Assembly (NCBI GenBank): GCA_036867785.1
Contig: CP145409.1
Location: forward strand, 186,001-250,000
From: Plasmodiophora brassicae
Lineage: Eukaryota
Direction: 5' to 3'
Length of the DNA: 64,000 nucleotides
Position 1 is the first letter of the stretch. Every line of letters starts with the position of its first letter. A model generated the notes under the pieces. That model saw only the letters and a program-made list of their open reading frames with translations, was not told the origin of the DNA and did not search any database. The position numbers and the translations under genes are program-made. Of this stretch, positions 50,514 to 62,373 are shown piece by piece.

Positions 50514-52047
50514 TTAGCGAATCGTCCCTCGGGACCGCCGCCGCCCGTCCGGATCGTCCCCAGAGGTCGTTGCCTCGGGTATGGAATTGGAAGAATGGCG
50601 CTGCCATTGCATTGAGAATCCCATCAGGTCCTCTTCGGTCGCCGAACTGTTCTGCCTGAGATTGCCCTGCTCGGTCCCCCCTACAGACGCTTGGCGTCTT
50701 CGGCGTCCCCGTCGGGACTGCTGCTGCTCAATGGTCTTCTTCGCTTCCGCCAACTCAACCTGTAGTCGGGCGATCTCGTCCTACTCATGCAATGTGTTCA
50801 GGAACGGCCATGATGCACTGTGGCCATCGATTTGAACCTGTTTCGACTTGATAACGATGTCAAGCAACTGAATTTCCGAGCTGTGGGACTGTCGAAGGCC
50901 TGCAATGGCGCTCTCATGCGCCATGCGTTCAGCAACGACCTGTTCCGTCAAGGCCTGCACCTTGGAAACAGATTCGTCCAGAGCGGTCCTCAGCCTCCCC
51001 GTTTCGGCGGTGAGATCCCGAATCTTCCCGTCCTGCTCACGAACCAGCCCTGTACGTTCAGGGAAATCGACACCCGCAACTCAATAAAGACATCGAAGGC
51101 GGTTACGAGTTTCGCGATCGCACTGGACGGAGAACAGCGTATCATATCCAGCCAGACGTTCGGTCAAGGCGCGGATCTCCTCTCGCAACTCGCCGGCGTC
51201 GTCTTCTGACACGCCTTTATGCGAAGACGTTCGCGCCGATCCTGTGCGAACATTCAGCTGTGGACCAGCGATGCCTGTAACTGCCGTGTGCCTTACGAAG
51301 ATCATCAAGCTGCTGCTGTAACGCGAACGTGTCCTGTCGCTGAAGGGCCAGAGCGATCTCCTGCTGGACACAGAAATCTCGCAGCTGGGCATCGGTCGCC
51401 AGGACAGGTCCTTTGGTGGCAGGCCCCGCTGTCAGCAGCGCGTTCTCAATCGACTGTTGCCGAGGCCCCCCATTCGTTGGTACCAGGCGCGACAACCAAC
51501 GAGCGAACGTTACCGCGATCTTCGCGTCGAACTCAGCCCGCATCGCCTCTACTGTCGATTGATGCTTGGCGACGGTGGCCAGCAATTCATTCTGCGCCCT
51601 CGTTGTCTGTTCATCGAGCTTCGCCTTGTAGTACGACTGCAACGTCAGGGTGGCATCGCCCGAACGTCGTTCGAGTTCGAGGCGGACGCGGTCCTCAGCG
51701 CGGACGACCTCGGCGCGGACGTCTCGCACGACATCCTGCAGGCGTTGCACCTCGGCGTACGCCAGGCCCAGATCACCGAGCTCGTTCGCATCCGTCTGCG
51801 TCTACGCGCCCGTCAGAGAGGAAGCGCGCCTCGTACCAACGCCGATGAACTTTCTAACCGCAGCGTGCACCTCGATTGGCGGCCCCCATCGTGCACCGTC
51901 GTAGGCGCGCTGTGTGACGACGATGGAGGCCAGCTCGATCGGCGGGCACCCGTGTCGTTTCGAGAACCGGCTCGGGCGACGTGGCGCGCCGCCCTGCACG
52001 ACCTGCAGCGGGGCCGGCAGCAATGCACCGGGCGCCTCGGTCAGCAT
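50514..52047 (-). CDS. Hypothetical coiled-coil protein (multi-exon, boundaries uncertain)
   Basis: Several minus-strand helical exon frames (VQRLQDVVRDVRAE..., QQEIALALQRQ..., ELREEIRALTERL, AEAKKTIEQQQ) flanked by GT/AG. Confidence 0.45.
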
Positions 52048-52336
52048 GGCTGCTACGCCCATCGGTAATGGTACCTGGGATCCCGCCCGATCCGCCTTGG
52101 TACAAGATCGTGATCGGTCACCATTACCCGTAATCGAGGGGCACCGACGTCGACGACATGCCCTTCCTGACGCGGTGACGGCCATGTACTTTGCAGGGAT
52201 CGGGTCGCGGCTCTTGCGGTCGCATGCCGCCCGACGCAAGGACGTCATTGTGGCAAGACCATCGGCGCCGGACGCTGCTCCAGGGACACCTCGCCCCGGG
52301 CAACCGGCACCCGGGCCGTCCAGTGACAGCGATGAC

Positions 52337-52447
52337 ATGCTCAGCAGCGTACACGATGCCATGGACGTCCAGTACGAATCCGACGTCGAATTCCCGGATA
52401 CGGTCGGCCATCGGCGAACCCTGATCCAGGCCAGCAGTAACACGCCG

Positions 52448-52480
<33 letters not shown>

Positions 52481-54021
52481 TCGATGGAGGTACCGCCGTC
52501 TCGCGGTGGTGGGCGCTGTCAACTGACCAGGTGTCGCAGGTCTGCTCGATGGACTCGTCCAGTTCAGACATCACGCCGGCGGACGCGCTCGTCCATGGCG
52601 ACGTGCAAGGCATCCAGTGGTCGCGCCTGTCGATGACACGCGACAATTACAGGGCGACCCGGATGGAGAAGTACCATCAGTTCAACACGCACGAGTCGAC
52701 GTCGTTCACGCCCTACAACGAAGACGTACGTCGGGTTCGCTCGCGCCCGGTGCCCCCCGATTTGTAAACCTTGTCGCCATCCAGGAGTTGCATCGTGTCC
52801 AGGCGACCGACCGGTACATGCACTTCACCAGGAACGCCAGGCGTGCGACACCGTCGATCATGCATTTCCAGCTGAGGCACCTGGTGACGGCCGCCTCCAA
52901 CCACGCGGTCCTCACGATGAGTACGATATCGCCATTGCTGCTGCTGCTGCTGCTGGAACCCAGCGACTGACGTTACGCGACAGACGGTAACCGGGTATAC
53001 CGATGGAACACGCTGACGAACGCGGTCGACGTCGTCTTGGACCTGTCCGGGTTCAACGTGATGGACTGCGTCCAGATCAGCACGATCCATTCGTCTGGCG
53101 ATCTTCTATATGCGGTACCGGGAGGGCGCGCCCGATAGCACACTGGAACCCGACGTTCATGACGGTGGGATAACAGGGCGGGTTCCAGGGCGAGCTGATC
53201 GTGTACAACCTGGAGTTGGAACGCGTCATGTACCGGAACCGTCTGACGGCGGCCGACAACTCGATCGCCAATTCGCTGACGACGTGCCCGGCCCTGCCGC
53301 ACCTGCTCATCTGCGCCAACAACGACAAGTTCGTCGACGTCCTCGACGTGAGCACGTGCCAGTCGATCAACCGGTTCAACGTCGACTTTGCCGTCAACGT
53401 CAGCGCTTGCTCATTACGTCGCTGTCTGCGCCCCGCCCGCTGACGTCCCTGCCTCCAGCATTGCACGTCGTCGAACGATGGCCGATTACTGTGCATGGTC
53501 GGCGACGCGCTCCATGGGGAGATCATGGATCGACGCTCGGGCGACAAAGTCGTCACCCTGGTGGGGCATCGCGACTTCTCGTTCGGGAGCTCATGGCACC
53601 CGAACGGGTACGTGGTCGCAACCGGCAACCAGGACAGGTACCAGGTGTCGCCGCTCCGTATCGTGCATCGGTTGCTGATGATGCGGTCGACTGCAACAGG
53701 ACGTGCCGCGTCTGGGACCTGCGACGCGTGTCGTCCAGCACGAAGATCCTGCCGGCGAACCTGGCATCGGTGCGTTCGGTGCGGTTCAGCGCGGGCGGCG
53801 AAGTGCTGGTCGTGGCCGAAGCGGCCGACTTTGTCCACCTGTACGACTGCGCGAACGACCTGTCGACCAGCCAGCAGATCGACTTCTTCGGCGAGACGGC
53901 CGGCGCCGACATCAGCAACGACGCGTCGACGCTCTTCATCGGCATCTCCGACAACGTTTACGGATCCATGCTCCAGTACTCTAGGCGTCCTGTAGGACTC
54001 ATGTCGAACATTGTCATCTAG
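52337..54021 (+). CDS. WD40-repeat protein (C2A9.03/DUF2415-like)
   Basis: DVQGIQWSRLSMTRDNYRATR, HFQLRHLV, GGFQGELI, LVGHRDFSFGSSWHPNG..ATGNQD|TCRVWDLR, AEAADFVHLYD, QQIDFFGETAG; start uncertain. Confidence 0.85.
52448..52483 (+). repeat. (TCG)n coding microsatellite, poly-Ser
   Basis: gcgtcgtcgtcg...tcatcg encoding a Ser run. Confidence 0.9.
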
Positions 54022-54693
54022 GAACGATATCTAGAATGAACGTGCCGGTTTTCACCTACGATGTCGCCGGTTGAACAGTGTGCGATCGTTTGGCAACCCA
54101 GACCTGGCGCCGCGTTAAACGGACCCCTGTCGTCAACGCCTGCGAGGTCGAGGTCCAGGTGGAGCGAGCGCACATCCATCTGGCCAATCCGGCGGGCAGG
54201 ACTCTCGGATGCCGAACGACACCAACCAAGGCAGAACGTTACGGTCTTATGTGGCTCCAGTGAAACCAGTACGTGTGCCCGCACGAGTTAAACAGCGATC
54301 GGCGTTCAATGTCGAACACGTTGGGTTGCTTAGCAGGCCCGGTCTTGTACGTAGATAAGGAACGGTGTCGCTGCTCGTCGATATGCCTCGTTGTCACAAA
54401 CCCATGCCCTAAACTTCAGACCCGCATTTCCCAAAGTGCTTGACCTTGGGTTGTTCGCAGCTCTTCAATGTCGAAGAAGCATCCGACGATTCCGAGCGGC
54501 AAACCATGATGACATATTCATGTCCCGACCGAAGTCAATCGGATCGCGCGTGTTCGATGAGGGGGTGGTAACGGAGCCCAGCTGCCTACATAGGCACACC
54601 AGTTGGCCAGCAGATTCAGGGCAGTGTGTAGGAGGTAAATTACCTACCGCAGTCCGCAGTGTCCGTGACGGACTCCGCAGCACTGCGACGACC

Positions 54694-55612
54694 ATGGCGA
54701 CCCGCGTCTCGTATCGTCCTCTTCCTGAATCTGCCAGCGACCCTGACGCTGATCAACGCCCTCGACATGCCATGCGGCAAACGTGTACGTGCCGTGAGGT
54801 TAGGCTTGGGCGTAACCAGATTGCTCATGATTTGTAGTTTTGAAAACTGGAGTGGTCACTGAAGCCACCGGATCGGCGTATGTCGAATTGCAGAGCCCTT
54901 CTGGCAGATCAACCAAGGTGCACGATCTGATTACCTACCAATTGTTTGGATGGTACCTGAACGTCTCCATGTCCAGGTTATCTGCGCTGTATTTGGACCG
55001 CGGCAAACCAGCAAGGTGTCGACGTTCAGTGAGAGCGGGCGGCTATGGTGTGACTTCAAATACGCTCCGTTCTCGAATCCTGGTGGTCGCATTCCCAGAA
55101 CAGGACAGTCTGAGAAGGAACGCCTTCTCTCACGTTCAGGTGCATTTGTTTGCATAGCGCGCGTGTGCGCGTAGAGTCTTACTATATGTGTCGTGTGTCC
55201 AGTCGAGAAAGCACTGCATGACGCGATTCTGTTTGACAAGTTCCCGAAGGCTGTACTGGAAGTGTACGTCCTTGTTCTCGAAGACGACGGAGGTGACCTG
55301 GAGGCGGCCATCACGTGTGCATCGGCGGCGATCGCCGACGCCGGTGTCGAAATGCTCGACGTCGTTACAGCAGTATCTTCCGGTTATTCTCCTGAATCCG
55401 GTGTCGTTCTCGACCCCACCTCCACCCTGCAGCGTTCCCTATCGGCTACCGCCAGTGTCGCGTTCATCCCCGTCACCGGCAAGGTCACCCACGTTATCGT
55501 CACCGGACGAGGTTCCGAACCCAACATCAAGCGCATGGTCGACGCCTGCCTGGATGGTTGCTCGCAACTGTCCGCCGTCGTCCGCACGGTCCTGACAACC
55601 CAATTAAGTTAA
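54694..55612 (+). CDS. Exosome RNase PH-ring subunit (MTR3/RRP41-like)
   Basis: KTGVVTEATGSAYVE, KVICAVFGPR, CDFKYAPFS, FPKAVLEVYVLVLEDDGGDLEAAITCASAAIADAGVEMLD. Confidence 0.9.
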
Positions 55613-55789
55613 TAGAAAACCCAGCTGCTGCTGCCGCCTACTAATCCCCGTCTTGCCTATGGCACTCTACCGGCATCAGGTCTGTGCTCAGAAGGGCTGC
55701 CGGTGCAACGGACAACGTCAACAGCGGTTGCCGCGGTGGACTGGTGACCAGAGAACGGCGCGCTGCTCAGGGGCAGTCGCAGTCCGCAA

Positions 55790-56689
55790 ATGTTCCCACG
55801 GGGAGTGGTGCAAAGAGGGTCCCCGAACATCGTCTTTCGTGGTCTGCGCCGCGTGGTCACCGCCGATGCCCTCAGCAATGGCAGGGGGAGCGAGTGTGCG
55901 CCGGTGCCGCCCCAGCAGCATAACCTGCTGGATTTCGATGCGCTCCCAGCAATTGATGCGGCCGTGGGTGTCAAACCGTTCCCGAGTGCAGGAGGCCGTG
56001 TGTAACGGTGGGCGTGTTCTAGGCCATTATTGATGCGCGACGACGAGCGCTGCATGCGAAGTACAACAAGGATATGACGGCGCAGAACGAGGCGAATCTG
56101 AGTCTGGTGAAGAGGCTGGCGGGCTTGAACGCCAAATACCTGCCGCGTAAATACGGCATGGATACGATCCAGCTGGTCTACTGCCTGCGCGACAGCAAAC
56201 TTCTCGACATACGAATGTATGAGGTCGGCCTCATATCGTCGTTGTGCAACACGCTCGTACGTATCATGTGCGTTCCAGTGGCCCGTTCTCCCTATAACGG
56301 AAGCGTTCAGGTGGTTGCGACGGCGACGTCCGAAAGGCATCTAATGGCGGCGGCCAAGAAGGTTGCAAGGACCGCCCGCAAGTTCAACCCGCTTGGGTTT
56401 GATCCATCGCTGAGATTTCAAGTGGAGGGCGTTCCCGAGGACGAGTGGATGTGTGTCGATATGGGTCCGCGATTGCTTGCCATACCTGCTTTCACTCTGC
56501 ATTCTAATGCTGTCGCATGTAGGTCATATTGTGTTGAACCTGTTCAGCGAAGAGGCCAGGTACAAGTACGATATCGAGCACCGGTGGAAGGATTTCCAGA
56601 TTATGGGCAAGGAGATCGACTGGGCGCCGGTGCCGATTGTCGACGAGGACTTACCGGCCAGGTTTGGTGACGGTAAAAAGAGGTTTTGA
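55790..56689 (+). CDS. MALSU1: Ribosomal silencing factor RsfS/Iojap/MALSU1, probably mitochondrial
   Basis: Arg-rich presequence-like start; DIRMYEV, VVATATSERHL, VEGVPEDEWMCVDMG|HIVLNLFSEEARYKYDIEHRW. Confidence 0.85.
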
Positions 56690-57258
56690 TCATCGGCCAG
56701 ATGGTGGCGGCTTACGCAGTGATAGTACAACATAATCTAACGTTCTCTGATGCATCCAGCTGTCATCTTGGCATCTCAAATTTGGCTTCGAGCCTTGTTT
56801 ACGATATCTGCTATCGGCTCGGTTGGCTTTAACTGTGCACAATAAGTTGAGTCATGTTGCCCGGTGGGCGACATTCACTCCAGTACGCCTGTGAAACAAT
56901 ACTGTCGGCGTCTGTGACTGGGTGAGCAACCCGTACCCGTCAGTACCCCCGATCTGTGTGGTGCCTTGGTCGAGCGACAGCGGTCAGCGGGATACGTCGA
57001 CCAGCAGCCAGCCGCAAAAAAAGGTGACGGCATCCCGGCGACGATGGCAACGCCGGAGCCCATGGACCAATACGTACTGCAATACACGGCTGCTCTCCTG
57101 CTCTGACGATTTCCCTGGTTCATATGTGGGACGCAACGACCACGAATGCAGTGATTTGTGTACAATTTAGATACGCGCCGGCAGTAGAGGATTGTCGACA
57201 CCGTTCGCTATCGGACGGTAGCCGATTATCGCTGGCTCTCCGCCCGCCAGGCTGTGAA

Positions 57259-57822
57259 CTAGGTGTCGGCCTTGGACGCCAACGATTTGACGGATCGCGC
57301 AATGGGACGCGTCATCGCCATCATGGCTGCTCGCATCTCCTCAATGCGCTTCCACAGCTGTTCGTTCTGCTCCTTTTCCTTCAGCCATTTTGACTTGTAC
57401 TCGTTGGACGCTTTCTCGGTATCTCTGAGGGCGGCCCGCAGCGCTTCGATTCTGCGACGCTGGGCGACGAGCTTGCCTCGTAAAGCACCATCCACCATAC
57501 GCCTCGTGCTGGACACGTCTTCGGCCAGATTGCGCCACTCCTGATCAGCGATCGCCCGATTGGTAGTCGGCGAGTCGGCGGCGGTTCCCGCTGCGCTTGC
57601 ATCCTGGCCGTCGCTGTCATCGCTAGGAACGGAGCGTGCTCTCTTCACACGTCGCTTGTCGTCGTTCGCAACCGCATCCTTGTTCAGATTCGCATCGTTC
57701 TCGGCGCCTGGCTCGGCCTTGGATTCGCTGGCGTGCGGCGCATTGCCACCTCGTGTCCGGGCGCGTTTCGGTGGCCGGCTCTCGACCGCATCGGCGGCCA
57801 TCGATGTCACGACGGTGGACAT
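57259..57822 (-). CDS. Hypothetical protein with NLS-like motifs and C-terminal coiled coil
   Basis: 187-codon ATG frame; PPKRAR, KRRVKRAR; heptads RRIEALRAAL...LWKRIEEM. Confidence 0.5.
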   Translation of the reverse strand: MSTVVTSMAADAVESRPPKRARTRGGNAPHASESKAEPGAENDANLNKDAVANDDKRRVKRARSVPSDDSDGQDASAAGTAADSPTTNRAIADQEWRNLAEDVSSTRRMVDGALRGKLVAQRRRIEALRAALRDTEKASNEYKSKWLKEKEQNEQLWKRIEEMRAAMMAMTRPIARSVKSLASKADT

Positions 57823-58674
57823 GTCGGTATCGACGGCGTTCGGATTCGCCCGTTGGAAATTGCTGTAGATCGATCCACGTATGAGTTCGAAGGTATGCGG
57901 CGATCCGATCGGTACCGAGGCGACCCACCGTTGCCGCGCAATGATGCCTAGGTGGAGAGAACGTTACCGGCGAGCGATGCTGCAGAGTCGTCGACAGGCG
58001 AACTTGATGGTCGCTCCAATTCTGGCTTGGGCTCCCAGCAGCAATATAAGCGACGAGCGGGTTGGATCGCGCACGCGTCCCGTCACAGAACAGTGGACGC
58101 CGCTCCTCCGACGATCCGCTGGGCCGCGTGCACGATATACTGGTGTGACAGACCCAGGGGACTCTGTGCCAGACAGCAATCTGCTCGGTGCGCGACCGAA
58201 TCCGCAATCCCAATCCGTATTCTGCGATAGCGAGAAGTGAAGCGCTCTTTCCGGAGGTTATTTGCGGGCCACGGCGAAACTGCGCCACGTTGTCACGCGC
58301 CATCACACAGATTGGCCGGGTCGGGTCCACGGCTGGACGAGTGCGGCTGACGGACCAACATTTTCGCGACGAACTGAACAACTTTCAAGCGAATTTCGCC
58401 ACGTTAGCCGTTGCAGCCAGCGGCAAGTAGCTGGCCGAACGCTGTCTTTGCACGTCGATTGCAGGTCGTGAGGTAAAAGGCCGAGCGGTTCAACGGCCGG
58501 ATATTGTTATTCCAGAAGCAATAGGCATACGCAAGCGGCCGGGCTGTCCATTTAGTGACGTGTGCGACGACCGTCAGCGACAGGCTGAAGTTGCCACCCA
58601 GTCATCCGTTTGCTTCGCTACTGAAATTCTATTTATAGAAATGTGAAATTCTCGGACACTCTCGGGAGGACGCC

Positions 58675-59794
58675 CTAATACATATAGGATACAGCCAGGG
58701 CGACGACTGCAATAATGACCACAATAACGAGACGATCAGTCACCTCGGCAGTTGTCCATGAAGTTCGTTTGTTTGGCGACAGGTCAGCTGGCCTTTCCGA
58801 TTCGTTATTGCTGTCATTGTTCTGGGCGGCAGCTTCTTGCCGAGCGCGATACACCTGTGAACGATATCACGACTTCAGAATGCGCGACCAGCAATATGAC
58901 CAAGCTACGGCAGTGACCTCCTTATAATGTGGAAACAACTTGACGAAAACAGGGTTCTTGAGATTCGTTTCAAGTGATATTGCTGCAAGGTGCCGTTTCG
59001 TTTCCTGTGAATTACTCAGCCAACAAATATCTGTCAAACCATGTCAGAAATACCGTTGTCGTGTTGACACTGCCGAACGTAGGTGCCGTGTCCGTCATGA
59101 ATGACAGAAGCCCGGATAGGATAGACGATACACTCCACAGGCAACTCCACTCTGTAGCGAACCATCAACATCGTAACGCCAACGCCTCGAATCATACCCT
59201 ACACGAACCTTCAGGATCTGGGACAGTCAATTGGTGTAAGAAGTAGGCATTCATGCAGCATGCGATTCAACCCTACGGAAATCGCTCATTGACAAGCATA
59301 GACGCGTGTTCGGTTGAAATCGTCCGCTAGGTGTGATCATGAATATGCTGCGAATCTCGTTAGACGCGACTCGATAAACAGGAGCAGATCAAGGAGACCT
59401 GGGTGGCTTATAGGGATCTGTACGAAAGCACTCGGATCAGCGTATGCGATATCGTCGCGTAATGACAAAAGACAGTACGTACACTCAGAAGGAAACTTGA
59501 TTTTGCCATGATACACGCCACCTTCGTACGGCGAATCTGGAGGTCCGGTTACGACGTAATGCCACTCCAGGATATTGCTGTCAAGTGGGACGGCCTCGAT
59601 GTTCGGCACGGGGTCCTGCGAACGGCGTCAACCCTCGACTCATCCGCCAAAACCCAGGCAGGGACACAATACATCCAGGATCTTCTTGTACTCTTTCTTC
59701 AACCTCCTCTACAACAGCAGCACCCCGGTTCACACGCCGCCCAGCGTACGCGTATAACGGCATGACCTACCAGGCATGCCGCCGACGGTGCCAT
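58675..59794 (-). CDS. UBC6: Tail-anchored ubiquitin-conjugating enzyme E2 J (UBC6/UBE2J2), many small exons
   Basis: [83 protein letters not shown]-terminal [18 protein letters not shown]. Confidence 0.95.
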
Positions 59795-60220
59795 CGCCAG
59801 TGCGGCCACCACGATCCAAAAAAGTCAGTACGGCTTTGGCAGCTCAGCGGCAGCGCGACCGTGCGGACACACTTCACAACAAGCACACGCAGCGGCGACT
59901 TAATAGTGCATGACGAACCCGTCCGGCAAAAGGGCACGGCCCCGATTGTCTTTGGACGCGCGCGCCTCGTTCGGACAGTCGAGCGCTTGCAGAACAGTTA
60001 CTGCACACTACGAAGGTCGGTGGGCAACATCATTGCTCTCGAATATCACGTTTCGGTACGGGTTGCCTCCCCGCTGTGTGACGAGTCACGACAGTAATAT
60101 CTGCACTGTTTCTGGATTTTTCATGGGGCATTGGAATCTCGTCATTGGACGTCGGCTCGTATTGCGGCCGCTCACGATTACTTCGGGCTTACTTCGGTCT
60201 CTGGGCCCCACCACTGAACC

Positions 60221-61346
60221 ATGAGCACGCTCGTGTATCAGGCAGCAGCGCCGCCGATGGTGACCGCTCCCAAGGTTGGGTTCCGCAACTACAAGAACAG
60301 CGCCCACCAGGTGCGTTGCGCCCGCATCACGAACCGCTCTCGTGCAATGCATAACTCCAGATGGCAGGCCCGGGTTGAGAAATTCTACGCGGAGCAGCAT
60401 GCCAAGCAGACGTTCGATTCCGTCAGGGCGATGGAGAAGCGGCACCTGCAATTCAACAAGGTCAAAATGGGCGCTTGGGAAGCCATTGAATATCTCGACA
60501 AGGTGGTCGACAGCAGCGACCCGGACACGGCCCTGACGCAGATCCAGCATGCTCTGCAGTCGGCAGAGGCGGCCAGGAAGTTGTACCCGGATATCGACTG
60601 GCTTCACCTGGTCGGCTTGATCCACGACCTTGGTAAGCTGCTGGCCGTGACAGATCCCGAGCGGAACCTGGTTGGCGATCCACAATGGGCCGTAGGTATG
60701 TGGGGGTCCTCTGCGGGCTTGTGGAATCCATTCTGAATTCGTGCATCAGTTGGCGATACGTTCCCCGTAGGGTGCAAGTTCGAAACCACCAACGTCCTGT
60801 GTGAATCGTTTGCTCACAATCCGGATAACGCGCATCCTGTGTATTCAACGCCTCTTGGCGTCTACAAGCCCAATTGCGGTCGGCTGTTGTGCCTTGTCTG
60901 TAAGTTGTTCACGGCCCTGAAGGATGCCATCAGGTCTTGACAACGTGAAGATGAGGTAAGCACAAGGACATAAGACTTTCTAAGCGATACGAGGGTTAAC
61001 GGGTTTCCAGTTGGGGCCACGACGAGTATCTCTACCAGGTATTGGTTCACAACGGGGCCATGTTGCCGCCACCGGCACTGGCCATCATCCGATACCATTC
61101 GTTCTACCCGTGGCACACCCAGAACGGGTATTGCCACCTGACCAATGCCCATGACGAAGAGATGAAGAAATGGTACGATGCGGAACCGATGCTCGGATCA
61201 GTGCCCTGATGGGCGTGATCAGGGTTCTCGTTTTCAACCAGTGCGACCTGTACTCGAAGGCGGACGAAACATGCGACGTCAACGCCCTGAAACCGTACTA
61301 CCAGGCACTCATCAAGAAGTACCTGCCCGAGGTGATTCAGTGGTGA
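60221..61346 (+). CDS. MIOX: myo-Inositol oxygenase
   Basis: FRNY, DSSDPD, HALQSAE, GLIHDLGK, PQWAVVGDTFPVGC, SWGHDEYLY, IRYHSFYPWH, DLYSK. Confidence 0.97.
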
Positions 61347-61612
61347 ACGGGCACCGACCACCACGAACCGCATGTCTAAACGCGTTCGAATTGTCCATGG
61401 TTCGCCGGTTCGTACATGTGCTACCGTGGTGGCATTGTTGTACGACAGCGATGGTACTGTCTGAGACTGGCTGGCAGCTCGGGTCCACATTGATCAACGC
61501 TGTGCACTGCCTGCCCGGTCGGTTGGGCTGGTCGCTGTGTCAGTGAGCACCGTCATAGTACTTGCTCGTCATTTGGGAAATTGGGGTTCTGGGTCTAGCC
61601 CAACCGTCCGCC

Positions 61613-62281
61613 ATGGCTATCATTCGCCGCCAATGGCTCGTGATCGCGATGGCCGCCTTGTTGGTCGTGCCGTCGCTCGGTGTTCAGTTCGACTACCTGG
61701 TCGGGCAACTCAGGAAGGAAGGCGAGAATGCGGAAGCGATGACAGTAGCCGCAGAACAGCTCGTCAACGAGGACGATGATTTCGCGACGATGACCAAAGT
61801 GGAAGACGACGACGACGACGACGATTTCACGATGATGGCCGCCGACGCCGTTTCTGAAGACGACGATGACTTTGCAACGCTGGCCGCTGACGCAGGCTAC
61901 GATGACGGGGATGAGTTTATGGTCCAGGAAGACGATGACCTCATGACCATGGTCGACGAAGTGTCCTCCGAATCCGACGAAGACTTCATGGTTGAGCAGG
62001 CGTTCTCCGAAGACGACGACGACGACGACCTCATGACCATGGTTGAGGAATCGTCCGCCGATGATGACGATGCCCTTGCACTGGTGGCCGAGGAGCAGTA
62101 CTCGGAAGACGACGACTTCGAGGTACTGGCCGAAGAGGAGGCCGGCGACGACGATGACGACGAGGAATTCCTGGCGCAGCAGGAGGACACGATGGAAGAT
62201 GGCGAGGCGACTCCAGCGCCGACCGGCGGATGGTTTAACTGGTGGCCGTTCGGTCGCTCGAACGCGGAGGAGCACAACTGA
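61613..62281 (+). CDS. Predicted secreted, highly acidic repeat protein
   Basis: Signal peptide MAIIRRQWLVIAMAALLVVPSLG; about 10 acidic-run + F/L units; Trp-rich end GGWFNWWPFG; intronless. Confidence 0.8.
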   Translation: MAIIRRQWLVIAMAALLVVPSLGVQFDYLVGQLRKEGENAEAMTVAAEQLVNEDDDFATMTKVEDDDDDDDFTMMAADAVSEDDDDFATLAADAGYDDGDEFMVQEDDDLMTMVDEVSSESDEDFMVEQAFSEDDDDDDLMTMVEESSADDDDALALVAEEQYSEDDDFEVLAEEEAGDDDDDEEFLAQQEDTMEDGEATPAPTGGWFNWWPFGRSNAEEHN

Positions 62282-62373
62282 TTCCTGGCATATGCACCCG
62301 ACATCCAGCTCACAGACGGTTTTGGTTTGCATTAAACGAATTTACTTTGGCTGGCGCCGCGCCTGCTCGTGCG

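Noticed and set aside
55653-56033. ATG at 55659 as the MALSU1 start
   Set aside because: ATG 55790 gives a presequence-like N-terminus that splices in frame to the conserved domain
57850-58600. ORFs or ncRNA in this intergenic gap
   Set aside because: No recognisable motifs, codon bias or extended secondary structure seen
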